A stretch of DNA of 64,000 bases. Origin: Eledone cirrhosa. Its lineage: Eukaryota. Shown piece by piece: positions 12,111 to 27,754 of the stretch. The stretch spans positions 321,160,001 through 321,224,000 of the forward strand of contig OZ024741.1 in assembly GCA_964016885.1 (NCBI GenBank), in the 5' to 3' direction. A program made the translations under genes and the position numbers. Each line of letters begins with the position of its first letter. Position 1 is the first letter of the stretch. The notes beneath the pieces were generated by a model that searched no databases, had not been told where the DNA came from, and worked only from the letters and a program-made list of their open reading frames with translations.

Positions 12111-15100
12111 ACTGAGAATTCCTCATGTAGGCGATTTGCCTGTTACTCATCGCTGGCCGTATTTCAATGGCTCTTATCGGCTTTTCGCAACATTCCACCT
12201 CCATTGCTGAGAGTTGTGGCAAGCCGTTGTAGTTGGAAGTGATGTCTATTCTGCGATCTGGTACGTCACTCGTGCCGAACATTCGAGCGAAATGCAAATT
12301 TATAATTAATTCAATACTTATTATTATAGATTTAAGAACTAAACCACATAGTTAGTAATATTGTTAGAACTCGTATCCACAGGTGTGATTTAAAATTTAC
12401 ATCTATTATCCATAGCCTGGAAAAATTGCTGGTTCTGCAAACTTGAAAGATAATCAGACTTGATGAAGTTTAATCAGGCTTTAAGTAACAGAAGTTTCCT
12501 ATATTTGCACATTACACAAGTGTCTCTATACAATACAAATTTGTTTTAATCAGGTATAATTCATACACACGACAATAGGTAATAAGCCCCAAATTGGATG
12601 CGTGTCATTCTTTTGTGTCCCATCATCAGTAAAATAGACGTCAAAAGATTAGAATGTCTTTAGAAGACTACAATACATCTTAGATTCAATAAGTGTCGTT
12701 GAGAACGTGTCAGATTTAACTCCATTAGTTCAATACTGATTACATCATATTAATTAAAACTATATGAATGACTTCTGAAATAACATTTATGTTGCTTGCT
12801 TATCATCTCATTCATAATTGTTTCTGTGGACTCAGCAATGCAGAATCAACCATTTCATCGAAAGAATTGTTGATTGAATCGAGCACGTTATATTACTGAT
12901 ACTTAATTAACATGCTTAATATTGAAATTTACCCTCTTATATAATTTGATGTCGAAACGTAGAAGTAGGGAAATAAATATATAAATTTCTTTGGGGAGTG
13001 GATTTAGTTTGTTTTGTATTTTTTCCCAAGTCAATCGAAATGCGATGGACAATTCAATCGATCTCTTTGTATTGTAGTATACATCTCTTTTTAATGCTTC
13101 AATGATTATAACTATTATAATTGAGCTGACGTCCTAATGATTATCTTGTACATTATATTAGTTCACCGAACTTTCTACCAAATCTATACGTAAACTTGTT
13201 ATAGTATGAAGGAAATTTATCTAATTCTTTCACACGAGAAACGAGATTACTTATGTTGCAATTAAGGCAATTAATCCAGTGGAGGGAGTAAATTGTGAAA
13301 TATAACTGATATATGGTTAACCCTTTAATTCTCAATCTGGTCAAAACCGGCTCTGGTTCAATGGAATAAAACCACCAATTTTAAAGGTTTCCAATTTAAA
13401 TTTAAATCTTCCAACATAATTTTATATAAGTACCTTAAATTAAGTTACTATCTTAGCAATGAAATAATTAATAATTTTAGTAAATCCTTCAAAATTCTTC
13501 TTTAATTAATTCAAATAGAATGTATTTCATTCGAAATATGGTCACGAAAGTGTTCAAGTGAGTAGTCACAACATTTATTAGTGCTAATGTAAGTACAAAT
13601 CCATTTTAGGACCTAATAAGACTAATGTCATGAATTTAGTCATGCAATCTTCTATTTTTGTCTGTTATTCAACTCTCAGGTTAACAGAATCACCAATGGT
13701 ATTCTTATTGCTTTATACAGTTTACAGTTCTGTATCAAAACTCTCATTTCAAATCAGGTGCATCTTCCCATTTGTCAAGAATTGAAAAATAAACACCAAT
13801 GTGGTATTTGTTTCATTTTGTTTAGGTAGTGATTCAATCGATTTTGATTGCTTCCCTTCCCTACATAAATATAAACTTGTTCCCAAATGATGATGAAGAT
13901 TATGGTGATAGTTGAGGGTATTATGGGGGTTATGGTAATGAAGATTATGGTAGGATGTGAATTGTGTTATTCTTGAGACATGGAGAATGTATGTGCTGGT
14001 GATGGTCAAAGTGTTTATAATGGTATTCATTTATGATGATGGTGGTGATGTGGCGATTAATCCATAACGCCTGTATGGTCACATGGACATCATTAAAGTC
14101 ATTCTCTTCATATACTAGTTGAAGAGGGGAATACCCTATAATGATTCCTCGAATCCCACAAGACGATTTGTACTCAATACCTGAAACTAAATAAACTCTC
14201 ACCAACTATATACTGTTGTCGCTACGTACAACAGTGACTTATAATACCTCTCACGGGTAATTACATAAAGCTATATAGACTGAGATGTTAAGATTTATGT
14301 ACCTTGGCCTTGGGCACAAATCCCTGGTAGTGACAGAATAGGAAAATCTCACCTTTCAGCTAGATGTCCGTTACATGATTTTAGTTCGTCCTTCGGCACA
14401 TTTAAGATCATTCTAAGATCAGCGGGCACATTTTGTAAGTTGTTTTAAATCATTGCTTGAGGTATGTTATAGTGAACTCCGTTAGAATGAAATAAATAAC
14501 ATTATCATTATAAATAACATTATCTCTCAGAGACCAATGTCTTCGAGTTTACGATCAAGCTGTTCAATGTTTCAGCAAATCTTATTAGATTAATGTATAC
14601 CACTATTGAAAACCACTATCGTCTTTTCTTGACTATGTTGATGCAATGGTATTCATACTGCTATAAGATAGCAATGTTGATATAAATATCAAAACGTTAT
14701 TGTAAAGTCAGCCATACTGTTAAAGAGACAGACACATTGTTGTGAAGAAGTGTGTACGTGTGTAGCAAAGTTGTTTTGTTTAAATTTCTAAACCAAATGT
14801 CTTTGTTCTCGTAATTTATTACAAGATGTTACATATGCTGTACATCTATTATTGTGCATTTTATTTCAACTTGGACATTATCTAACAGCAGCTGGTGTGT
14901 TTTATAGCGTGATAAACTCTCATTAATTAGAATTCGCAACATTTATTATATTACGCCTATTCATTTATTTATTTATCTTATCTTTTATTACATTTGCTTA
15001 AAATTATTTATTTTTTATCTCGAATTTTTGTTTGCTAAGATGTCATTAAAATATCTGAATATTGTAAATTATGATTCTCTTTGTGAAAATCGGTAACAGG

Positions 15101-15221
15101 GAATAGAACTAATGCGGACCTAGTCTACAGTCCCCGTAGTATGTCACAACTTCATTTCTTTTACACCACATACTATACATGAAATTTGGTGGTGGTGGTG
15201 GTGATGGAAGGGACAGCGGCG

Positions 15222-15281
<60 letters not shown>

Positions 15282-15489
15282 TTTCCGTTACATTCATCGA
15301 CAATATATGAAATAAATATCAGCCAACTATTGAAATTGATTCTATTGACTATATACTCTAAAATGTGTAGCCATGTGGTTTTATGAGAAGTTCTTATAAT
15401 TATTATTACTAAGGGCTGAAGACTGACAGCTGACGGAAAAAATATCTATATAAGCCTTAAGATTTTAATATAGTTCTTTTGTAGTCGAT

Positions 15490-16190
15490 AAATGTCATGG
15501 CGTTGGCTACTTGATCGATTGGGCTTTATGTTTTCGTAAATGGCTGGAGAGTTCGGTTCCAACACGGCAGTAATGACAACCCGTAAAGAACAGGTGTTCT
15601 GTGATATCCTTTAAAGGGCCAGCTAAGTAGGATTTGCGGCGCTCACATGTTTTAAGCTGTTTTGATGCGTGTCTCGTAAGAATTTCGCGCCTTTGTGAAC
15701 AAGTGTGGGCCATGTTGGCCTGTTTTAAACACGCTGTTCCAAAGATTTTATATCACTGCTCATGTCATTTTAAAATTTAACCTTGTAATATTTTTTCTGA
15801 TCACCAATTGTTCTCTTCTCAGTAGCAAGTTCACCGCAACTAAGTTTTGGTATTCACACGTTGTTCATGCGGACAACATGACATGTCTAGCGAAGTTGAT
15901 TCTTTTCCAGCAGGTCTTGCGTTGAAGGAGGTTTAACAATAAATTTTACAACACATAGAATATGCCGAAAAAATCAGACAGCCATTTTTATTAGTGGCAT
16001 AAACAACAACCAACATGGCGAATGAAAAAAATCTGATTGGTCAACAGAAAATTTCATGTTCGGCTGATGCAGATATAAATCAAAGGAGATCGTGTTCATG
16101 AGAGTTAAATTTCGAAAATTAAAATTAAGAATAAAAGTGTGATAGTCAAAGAGAAATATCTCGCACACGAGTCAGTGGTTTAATCAGTAG
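15490..16190 (-). pseudogene. RTE-clade LINE 3' fragment
   Basis: Minus-strand QLR*.CHVVRM...IPK..CGEL...KR..G.QKK and terminal CHYC....LSSHLRKH. Confidence 0.6.
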
Positions 16191-16995
16191 CACAACACGT
16201 AGCTCAAGAATTCATCCAGTTGATACGTTCTCTCACCCACTGGCTCATTTTTGTAACCACACCCATGATGTCTTCATCATTCAGTATATGTTTGAGTACA
16301 CGAAGCACTAATTCGAATTGTGGAGGATATGTGTGCATGTATGAATGTATGTAGGTATTTATGTATGTATGTATGTATGTATGTGTTTATGTTTGTATGT
16401 ATGTATATATGTATGTATGCATTTATGTATGTATAGACTCGTAGCTCATGACTGAGTCATGGTGATGCCTGGCTGAGTCCAACCCCTCTCCAGGACAACA
16501 TACAGCCGATTTTTTCCAGAGAAAAAGAGAGAGGAAATGAGAAAGATTAAAGGTGAAGAAATCGCCCCTAGTACTGGACTGGTACTTTATTTATCAACCT
16601 CAAAATGATGTATGAATAAGTTTAGTTCGACGAGATTTGCACTTGGAGAGCGCAGAGAGCCGGAGTACCGCAAAGCATTCTTCTTGATGATTCTTAATGA
16701 TTCTTACAATTCGTAGCCTTTGTGGAGTATATAAGCTAACGGATATAATAAATGATGATAAAATTGGTGATATTAAATAAATAAGTAAAATAATCAGTTG
16801 ATAAATATATAGATAACTAGTTGATAAATGAATCAGTAGATAATGAATAAATAATTATTGAATTGATAAGTATTAAATAGCGTTATATTTAGACGTGGGT
16901 TGCATTTTGTAAAGCTTTTTCTCTCCCTTTTTATCTATGGTTAACTATGTTTTATCAATAAAAATCAAATAAATCGTAAACAAATCTATTTCAAA

Positions 16996-17186
16996 TAATT
17001 GTTTCTACTTTTGGCATAAGGTCAGCAATTACCCAGTGCATTACTGGTACTTTATTTTATCGACTCCGAAAGTTTGAAAGGCAAAGTTAACCTCGGCGAG
17101 ATTTGAACTCAGAATGTAAAGAGCCATAACTCTATGCTACAAAGCATGGTGTCTGATGCTCTACCGATACTGCCAATCCACCGCCC
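16996..17186 (-). mobile_element. tRNA-derived SINE, full length, 13-bp TSD
   Basis: Family consensus; CTATTTCAAATAA at 16986-16998 and 17186-17198. Confidence 0.9.
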
Positions 17187-18226
17187 TATTTCAAATAAAA
17201 ACAATGAAAGGAAGGGCAAGGGCTCTAGGGTTACAGAAGAATGGGATGGCGAAAAGGGAGAGTGGTGGGCTCTAGGCGTAGGGCGCGGCGGTGTTAGGGC
17301 TGCGTCCTGCGGCCAAGACCGCAAAAGCATAAAAATAAAAGATTTCCATTCATGTAAAAAAAATTAGACGTGTGTATAAAACATTACTCGCATTTTCACG
17401 TTTCTCAGGTTCATACTTTCACTCACTTTGATACGCTGGAGCTCGGCTCACAAGTCTACACACACCCATGTACACGAACTTTTCTCTCGTGCAGAATACA
17501 CCGTTTAATATACATATTTCTACCCTGTATCCATACATTTTACATGTGCACAGAAATGTTCTACTTTGCATATGTACATGGTTGATTGATGATTCAGGCT
17601 TATTTTACGTGTATGTATGTATTCTGTGTTTCAGTATGCATGCATACGCGTCTTTCCAGATGTATGTATGTGGATGTATGTCGCTTATTTTCGTATATAT
17701 GGCACATTAGCAAAATACAACACTCGTTTGTCATCGGCAACGTTGACAAAACCTCATTTAACAGAATATTATAACGAACTTCCTTCTTCTAAATCATTTA
17801 CCTTCACATATACAATTAGGTACACCTATGTTTTATAGAATTGCCTTTAGAGTTGGAACATTATTTTTGCTACCATTAATAAGCCATTCTTGTTGGGGTT
17901 TTATTTATTTTATTTCATTCTTTTTTTTTGGGGGGGGGGGTCTTCTTTTGTAATTTTAACGCTATGTTCCTTCATTCCTTTCGTTCTTTATGAAGCAGTA
18001 TTAATTATTTATGCCGTTATTCATACCGATAAAGTCTATCATGAAGTTTCGAGTGCGGTATTTTTTTTTTTTTCACTCCAAAAGTGATTATAGTGGATTT
18101 CTCTACTGTCATCTGACGTATGAAGAATACTGTCGAAACATGAGTGGGGCGGGGGGTGGAATATAAGGAGAGGGAGGAACGAGATAGAGATGCAAAGTGA
18201 AGGAAGGAAAAGAAGCGGAAGAAACG

Positions 18227-18248
18227 ATAATAATAATAATAATAATAA

Positions 18249-18279
<31 letters not shown>

Positions 18280-18330
18280 AAGAAGAAGAAGAAGAAGAAG
18301 AAGAAGAAGAAGAAGAAGAAGAAGAAGAAG

Positions 18331-18390
<60 letters not shown>

Positions 18391-18510
18391 AAAAACAACA
18401 ACAACAACAATATCAACAGCAACAACAATAACAACAACAATAACAACAACAATATCAGCAGCAACAACACCAGCAACAACATCAACAACATGAAAGACAA
18501 CAACAACACA
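18227..18510. repeat. Compound (AAT)n(AAG)n(AAC)n microsatellite
   Basis: Directly visible. Confidence 0.95.
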
Positions 18511-19493
18511 TAGATAAGCGGTACATTAAACAACGCTCCAATGAAGTCTGTAAAGAGAAAGTTGCTTGATTTCCTGTTTGGAGTGAATTAAACTGAATTA
18601 CAGTCGTTCTTGTTGTTGTTACTGGTGGTGGTGGTGGTAGATGTGGTGATGCTGCTAATGGTGCTAGTGGTGGTGGTGGTCGTCGTTGTTGTCATTGTCG
18701 TCGTCATCGTCGTGTCTGTAGTGGTGGAGATGATGGTGGCAATGTAGTAGGTGGAATTGGTAGCGGTGGTAGTAGTTTAGATGGTGGTGATGACAGTGAT
18801 AGGTTTGGTTCAAAGCCGATACCTGGCCATAAGTTGAAATAACGGTGACTTTTGGAATGTTATTTTACGTCAAGGTAAAACGTTAAAAGCTCTGTAGCTG
18901 TCTCACGTATTCATTATTTTTAAAAAAATTGAGGGAAATTTAGCTGCTATATTGAACAAGCTTGGTTACTATTTAGAAGCACTATTACTACTTCTACTAT
19001 GTTGAAGAGATCGATGAAAGGGGTTTAACAACTATGACGAACAGAGCTAGTTTCTATGCAAAAAGCTTCCTATCTTATGAGATCCCTATTTTAAGGAGAT
19101 TGCTGTGATTGATTTAGCTGCTGCGTTTAGTTTAAGCTATGGCTTCTCATATGGTTTATGAGAAAATAGTGAATTGATGCTATATGTTTTTATGTTACTC
19201 TCGAAAGTAACACAATGAGCTTGGAGTGGTAACATCCATCCGGTCTATACACAGGCAACGAAATATAAGCCTATTTACAAAATCAGGAGGTTGATACGAA
19301 TGCTTGCAACAATGATCAGATCTAGAGATAATGACAAAACAATCATAATGGTTCAATTTAAATATTTGATTAAAACACTTTTCAAATTGGCTGGTGCATT
19401 GTGCAAGTCGCTACGTTGGTCTTACTTTTAATACTGTGGATAACATTTTGAAAGGAAACTTGGCCACTGTATGAAGTCGGGCAACTACACAGG

Positions 19494-19657
19494 CAGTATC
19501 GGATTTAGACTTGGTAAGGCCCTAAACTTCATAAAGCCGGTAGGCGCCATGTTTAAAGATTACGCCAGATGTCAAAAAAATTAAAAGTATAACTACCTGT
19601 TAATTATTTTAGGCCTTAATCTACTGCTTGGTTAGTTAACGCTTAAATCCGGCTCTG
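19494..19657. mobile_element. hAT-like MITE
   Basis: Imperfect TIRs CAGTATCGGATTTA / TAAATCCGGCTCTG; 8-bp flanks TACACAGG / TACATAGA; related end near 42775-42828. Confidence 0.55.
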
Positions 19658-20078
19658 TACATAGATGTAAAACTTCGAGAACCGCTATTCCAACGGTTGA
19701 GGACAGTGACCTGTGAAATTTATTCCATCCCGAGTAATAGAGTTTTGCAATATTTTGAGCCTTTTAGTTATATTCTTTTATTACTTGACTGGTTTCTGTC
19801 ATTAAACTTTGATCATACAGAGATCAGGATCAAATTCGGGAGAGTAAATTGCAAAGTAGACAATAGCGGGATTTAAACTCATTCATAAAGTGGTACAACC
19901 AAATACCACAAGGTATTTTATCCAAGGCACTACTATTTCTGCCATTCATACGCTTTACACCAAGATTTAAATAATTCCCTGACTCTTAAAGAAAACGGTT
20001 AACCCGAATTTTGTAGTCGCGTTTGTAAAAACTTTAAAAATACACTAGTTTCAACAAGCTGTGACAGAGCCTCTATAG

Positions 20079-20255
20079 CAGAGATTCTCAAAGGAGGTGC
20101 TACCAACCCCACTGGGGGCGTTGAGAAGGTGTAAGGAGGCGCTGGGGGCGGTAGAGATGATATAATAGTATATTAAATATCAAATGATACATATTATATA
20201 TAAATATGTTAAAATTGAAAATTGGGCGGTGGCCCAAAACGTTTGAGAATCTCTG
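20079..20255. mobile_element. hAT (Charlie-like) MITE
   Basis: Perfect 14-bp TIRs CAGAGATTCTCAAA / TTTGAGAATCTCTG; 8-bp TSD CTCTATAG / TTCTATAG. Confidence 0.8.
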
Positions 20256-20803
20256 TTCTATAGGATCGTTCGACTACGTCGAATGGCAGACAAATCACCG
20301 CCAAACCATCTACTTGTATATTAAGAGAGACACCTACCAGAAAACCCTTAAGCTGGCGGAATGGCCAATGCTAGGGTTCCTCTGATCATAGATGTGTTTG
20401 ATAGAAATCAATCTGGGATGTAATAGACAACAAAAATATACTGTTAAAATGTATTATAAAGGTCACTTGAACTATATATTTTTGTTTCAGTAAACAAAAA
20501 TCGACTGATACATAATTCATTCCTATTTATTTTGCAATATCAATATATCTTTAATATATAAACATGGCCGAATTTGAAAAAAAGCAATACGTTGCCGTTT
20601 ATTTTTTATGTTCTCCTCCTGTTCGTTTGTCATTTACAGAGGAACAAATAGAAAATCGATATCCCCGGATATCCAGTCTTGGCATTTTACTGTTTGTTCT
20701 TTTATATATTTCTCGGCAAACAAAAACATCAATTATTTCTTTGCTTTACTGACATCCATAGCCTCATGATTTCTTCTGATTTACATACATTACATACATG
20801 TAA

Positions 20804-20934
<131 letters not shown>

Positions 20935-21015
20935 TATATAATCAAATGTATATAATTATATACATATCCACATATTTACACATACGCATATATATGTGTG
21001 TGTATGAATGCCTGC

Positions 21016-21046
<31 letters not shown>

Positions 21047-21111
21047 CATACATACATACATACATACATACATACATACATACATACATACATACATACA
21101 TACATACATAC

Positions 21112-21598
21112 ATGGTGGATGCAAACTCTGCTAAGAGCATTGCAATCGCATGTCAGATTATAGAGTTTGGAACACTTTTAGGCTACGGCCAGCCACACAA
21201 ACCTGTAACATATCCTGAACAAGCAATGCCTGTGCTTTGAAGTGGGGAAAAGCCTTGCACTCGACTAATCCCACTCTCTGAGCATCGAAAACATCATCGG
21301 ATGTTTCTGAAGCCACAGGTTATTTTTTTTTCAGAGTTTCCCTCTCCTAGAAAGGTTCTGTGAGAAGAACTGGGGGCCTTTCACTCCCAGGTGAAAAACA
21401 AAAGTACTATTTTGATGGCCGTTGACTCTGCTGAGTTCCTCCGCCCTTTGCCGGGTCTTGTATGTCATCCCGTAGGGTGTCCAAATATCACCCTCTTCAC
21501 CAAGCAAGCTTGGTGGGGTTGCCGGTTTAGTCGCCGACGACCCGACCAAGAGACAGGTTGTACTGGGTTACATGTTACCAGTAGCACTCGAGAGCGAC
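21112..21598 (-). mobile_element. Non-autonomous RTE-derived element in (ATAC)n
   Basis: Shares the ATGGTGG..GC.AACTC end, GCAATGCCTGTGC, GAGTT..CTCCTAG and the GATGGCC...TACCAGTAGCAC module with 34160-34673 and 45138-45745. Confidence 0.65.
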
Positions 21599-21964
21599 AT
21601 ACATACATACTTACATACATACATAATACTTATATATTTATATATATATTATGTGTGTGTACTTATATAATTATGTATGCATGCGTATGTATTTATGTAT
21701 GCATACATGTTAAATTTAAGGTATAAGATGATGTATAAGGAAAATGATGAGCTGAAAAGGTCGAATATATAAAGCAACGATGTAAAATGAAACTAATAAA
21801 ATTATTTAAATGTATAGATGTATAGATATATATATATATGAAATAATATATATATAATATATTTATATACTAATAATATATATACATATATAGAGAGAGA
21901 GATAGATATATATATGTAAATACTTCGTTTATTCATAGTCGCTGTTATGTGTGTATATATATAC

Positions 21965-22040
<76 letters not shown>

Positions 22041-24076
22041 TATATATATACACACAGAGAGAAATACATACATACATGCATACATACATACATACACACA
22101 TGCATACATACATACATACATACATACATACATACATACATACATACATACATACATACATACATACGTACGTACATACATACAAACGTGTGTGTACGTG
22201 TATGTAGTTTGAGTAAAATTTAATCAATACGGCTGTGTATAGAGTAATATTAATTTAGGAAATTTAACTTTTGTATATATCCTAGAAGCTGTCAATTGCT
22301 TTTTGAATTCTCAAGCTAAAATATATCATAGATGCTTTTAACTCTTTATAGGAAATCAGTGACCTGATTGCGGTAAACAAATTTTTAATAGAAAACGACT
22401 ACCCATCAAATAAAATATTCTATTTAACTTACAAATGCCATACCAATATTTCTCTGCTAAAACCCTATACCGCCTTATTCAAAGTATCTTACTCTACATC
22501 CTAAACTTTGCCGACATATCAGACACCAACCCGAAACAAAAAGAGACACATTCTATGCAAACCCTAACATCATATCATATAACAACAAAATTAAATGTTT
22601 ACTCCTCCAGATGTTTACTACTACATCGGTCTAAAATGAATTCAAACAAAGCCAATACGAAACATCAATATAAGATTAGATACTTAACTATCAAACGAAG
22701 TCAGAAATTCCAACATCTTGCATTCCTTTTCATGAAACATTCTTGCCATGTCAAAAATCTTACAAGCAGGCTTTCAAATTTTACTCCCTCTTCATACCTG
22801 AAAAGAGAGAATATTTTTTTCTTCGTACTCTGAACTTCCTGAACCATAAAACTGAATCAATATTACTTTTCAAGCACAGGGATTCTTTTTCTTTCTAACA
22901 GAAAATTAAAATATACTCCCTAAATTTCCCATTTACCTCGAACACCCGCTCTATCCACTCCCTGCCAACGATCTCAAACTCTTCAGTATGTCTATTTTCA
23001 ACATACTACGGAGACAAAAGAGAAAATAGGATACCCTTAACCTCTTTAGGACACAACTGGTCCTAAAAAACTACGAGAGAATGACTTCGTATACCTCCCT
23101 TCTGGAAACAGGAAAGAGTTCTGCGTTGTCTTCCATGAGATATGTGACAATACTGAGAAACAGCAGACAACCCCAAAGTAGACAGAAGACCCCATCAACA
23201 TGGCCTAGATCTGTAGAAGGAAACAATTCTCTAATAAATACAAAAACAACCTCACCATTAGAACAGTAGACCTCCAACATTCTACCACCTCATAAAAACC
23301 ATAAAAACCCATAAAAACGGCACCAAACCTCAGATTAGACCTATTGGGGCCCCTCTACAAATCTTCTGTCTCCTCTCGCAGATCCTCAATATTTTCTACC
23401 TTCCCGAGGCATGTCAGCAGCTCAGAACAACTTAGACATAATAGATACACATTTAGCTTAGATGTATCCCTCTACACATCAGTACTCAGCTTTCAACCTT
23501 GTGACTGACTGCGTCGTTTCTCACAACATATATTGCTTCGGGCTCAGTGTATCCTACATACACCGATTCCTTTCTATTATCATGAACAACACCTTCTTCA
23601 CCATATATATATGCCTTTGAAATTCCTTTCCACAATACTAATCTGACATACATACCCTTCATACCTACCTAACCACTCATCCATATACAAGCCCCCAACA
23701 ACCACTTAAACCTAAACAATAGCACACTTTTACACATACAGCCACACACGAGTTCTTGAAAACTAATTAACAGAAGATATATCCATTAAATTGACATTTA
23801 ACAATTCTCATTGATGATTTCACTTATTAATTCATATTTTATTCATATGCTTAATCAATTAGTGCTTGAGCACTAAGCAACTTCTTTGCTCTGTCTCCAA
23901 TATTCATTTTACTGTGCCTCGCTCCACCGCCAGAACCATCACCATTAAACCAAAAATATCATCAACACACGTAGCTATTTCTATCATCGAATTAATAGCC
24001 CATTACTATGGTACCCCTAAACATAGTCCAAGTCAACGACACAACTATCATAAATATAATTTATTATTAGCAGTAT

Positions 24077-24650
24077 AGGGTGGTGGATTGGCAGTATCGG
24101 TAGAGCGTCAGACACCATGCTTTGCAGTATAGAGTTATAGCCCTTTAAGTTCTTAGTTCAAATCCCGCCGAGGTTAGCTTTGCCTTTCGTCCTTATGGGG
24201 TCGATAAAATAAAGTACCAGTAACGCACTGGGGTCGATTTAATCGACTTTCCCCTCCTCTCAAATTACTGTTCTTGTGCCTATACTAGAAATCATTATTG
24301 GCAGTATCGGTAGAGCGTCGAACAACATGCTTTACGGCTTAGAATGGTGTCCTTTTACCTTCTGAGTTCAAATCCCGCCGAGGTTAGCTTTGTCTTTCAA
24401 CATTATTTGGTCGATAAAACAAGGTACCAGTAACACACTGAAGTCAATTTAATCGACTTTCCCCACCCTCATAATGTTTGGCCTTAAGGTGGCGAATAGA
24501 AATGATAAAGCCATTATGGCGTCGGAATAAAAGGGCCTTAGTATTTGATGCGATTCACTACTTTCTGAGTTTAAATCCCACCGAGGTTAACTTTATCTTT
24601 TATCCTTTATTCGGTTGATAAATACAGTACCAATCTAATATTGGAATCGA
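24077..24650 (+). mobile_element. Three tandem tRNA-SINE copies
   Basis: Heads at about 24077, 24299 and 24490 (last one degenerate). Confidence 0.8.
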
Positions 24651-24660
24651 TCCTGCTTCA

Positions 24661-24697
<37 letters not shown>

Positions 24698-26291
24698 GGT
24701 GAGAATTCGGATGCGTCACGACCTGGAGAAGTATGGGCTTCACCAGGTTTTAAGAAGATTCTTTTCAAACCCTTCTATCATAGAAGTTTTCTACCGTATT
24801 CACAAATCGTATGAATATTACCCTACCGTACCAGTATAATAACAACTGCTCGACAAAGCTCCACATTTCCGTGATACATCAAATAAGGATGAAATGATAA
24901 GTTAACATCGACGGGATTTGAACTCAGAACGTATAGGGCGGCGCCGATTTCATCAAGATTTAACAGCACTTTACCTTATATATATTCTTGATTAAATCAA
25001 GCTTACAACACCTTCTGACAGTGAAACCTGAGGTACGGAGTGGCTGAAATATTGACGATCCTTTTCGGCATATGCGGACGTTGTCACGATGCCTTGTAAA
25101 TTGAAGTGATCCAAATCATATTAAAAGTATTCACAATGTGACGTAGTCACATTCGCGCACAATAACCGGAATATTTTATTTAGTGAACTTGCAGCTCAGA
25201 ACTTTGGAAGACAATTTTAAATGATCAAATGTGAACCTTTGTTGAACGGTTGTTAATACACTAGTTGGATGGATCCGGCTGTCAACTGGGCTCCTTTTAA
25301 ATATTGCCCCATCACTCTTCTTTGATAAGTAAGGTCGGGAAATTTTGATACGACTTGTGAATATGGTGAAAAAGGTTTTATGATAGAAGGGTTTGAAAAG
25401 AATCTCTCTGAACAAACGTTAAACTTCTCAAGTACCACTTGAATAAGCGGCCGGGTTAGAGACAGTGTGTGTGAGAGAGAGAGGAGGAGGAAGATATATA
25501 TATGGAGGCGTATCCTGGTGGTTGTGTTCATTATTTATAGATAGATAGACAATGTCTATGTAGGACTATCCCAGTATTCCTAATTATTTCGTGTTATCAT
25601 TGTCGGTACAAATTACCACTTCAAAAGAAGAGCATTTAATCTTGAGATTGTATTTATATCCGTTAATTGTTTACGATTGATATATGTGTGAACATATTTT
25701 TTTGTAAGAAAATGATGATTGATTTTAAATCAGTGATATAATTTATGGAGAAAAACTCTGCATATTACTCAATGTAAAATGTAATGCATGAAAAATTGGA
25801 AAACATTATTTTTTGTAATATATCAAATCAAAATTACATTATTAAATCTTTCTTATTCGGTTTCTTGTAAATAATTTATTTCAAAATATCAATTCAAACC
25901 TTTTGTGAATAGGCATCATATCTTGTCATTTACCCACATAACCATCATTACAACCATCACTACCATCACCAACACCATCACCATTATCACCACTATTACC
26001 ATCGTTACAGCTATCAATACCATCACCATTACCATCATCACCTCTAACATCTCCACTATCACCATCACCAGTTCCATGGCATCTATGACGACCATCTATA
26101 GAGCCCCAGTCATTGCTTGCACCTTATTCTAAATTCTCATTGGGAAAATAAAAACAATCTTAGTTCACAACAGAATGAATATTGCGTAAACATGGACTTT
26201 TATATGTATATAAATATATCTACATGGCTACACACTCATACACATATGTCTATAGTGAAAGAGATGCATAGGGATATATATACATATAAAT

Positions 26292-26359
<68 letters not shown>

Positions 26360-27052
26360 GGGATAACAAATTATCGTTATAGGTATCCACTTAGATGTAG
26401 TCCAGTTAGGATACTCCGAGTAGTGGATAGTATTAACGCTTGGCTAAGTTTGACTCAACAAGACGTTTCCATAGTGATGCTGCGAGTACGCGGTGGTTTC
26501 TATATAGTTTACACTTGGAGTAATAATAAATCAAGAAAGAAGAGTGACATGGTTTGCTATACAATAAGGGCTTTATTCACATTGCTGACAATTGTTTCTC
26601 TGAACTGGTAGGTCAAGAGATCGCTACCCGCCTGTTTTTGCGTCAATCGATCACCAATACTTTGTTATAACCAGTATATTCATCAGAGCATGCGAGAATG
26701 AAGGAAATACACACGCATGGCTTCTATATATAGTAGTGGCATTAAATCAGAACAATAATAACGATACTCAAAAAATTCGCTAGATAGTAAATAGTTAAAA
26801 TAATCACAGCATCAATCTAAGTAAGAAATAGAGTATACTGATAACTTTAGCATGTAAAACGAGCTGATACGATACAGATGTATGAAATTGACATGTAAAA
26901 GCTGTCATGGGGTATATATATAGTGTAGAGATAACCTGGGGCTTGAAATAATGGACCATTTACTTTACTGTAGGTTTGCTGACCGTAAGATTTATTTATT
27001 ATCTGACAGATAAAATATTTTCATTGTAGTGAGGATGGTAATTTTTATGTCA

Positions 27053-27754
27053 TAAAATCCTCAATAGAAAAACTATAAAACTCTCATACTCTAAGGCTGC
27101 AAATATAGAATCCCACATACGCAAGATCAACCACAGAAATACCTCTAGGGAAACCACCCCACCTATGCGCAACATAGCACCAAATTCTAAACATAAACAC
27201 ATCACTGTATCACAACCGCAAACACATACGAGCGCGCCGCAGCAAAACCTCAACGGGCATGAATCACAACCCACTTATAGCAGTGTACAAAACAGAGGTG
27301 TAGAAGCTGCACGGAATAACACCTCAAACTGCAATTGTCACCTACCAGATAGGTGCCCATTAGCGAACAGGTGCCTTGATTCGAGCCTAGTGTACATGTG
27401 TACGGTGAATTCGGGCAACTCCACTTGGCATTACATTGGATCCACCGCAGGTACATTTAAAAAAAGATGGTATGTGCACAGACATTCGATGAAGAACCGT
27501 GCACTAATAGGTTCTACAACCCACGCCAAAAAAATCTGGTAACTTAAAGACAAAAACATCGACTACAATATCAACTGGTCGAGGTTGTCGGCCGCAAGGG
27601 CATACAGTACTGGTATGTCCTATTGTAGGCTCTGCGACCTTGAATTACTGTATATCCTTAGGAACGATAAAAGCTACTCAACAACAAAATAGAAAGGTCA
27701 ATTTTCTGCAGACACAGGATCGCTACTAAATTCACAAGACTTAAGCCACCATGA
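27053..27754 (+). pseudogene. PLE GIY-YIG endonuclease region
   Basis: KILNRKTIKLSYS...CNCH....CPL...C....LVY.C...YIGST..TFK.RW..H...KIW*LK...C.LC...LNNK.E....CRH; one premature stop. Confidence 0.85.

Noticed and set aside
22380-23760. AC-rich stretch as a coding gene
   Set aside because: Fragmented frames with no assignable motif; probably an old LINE relic that I cannot classify
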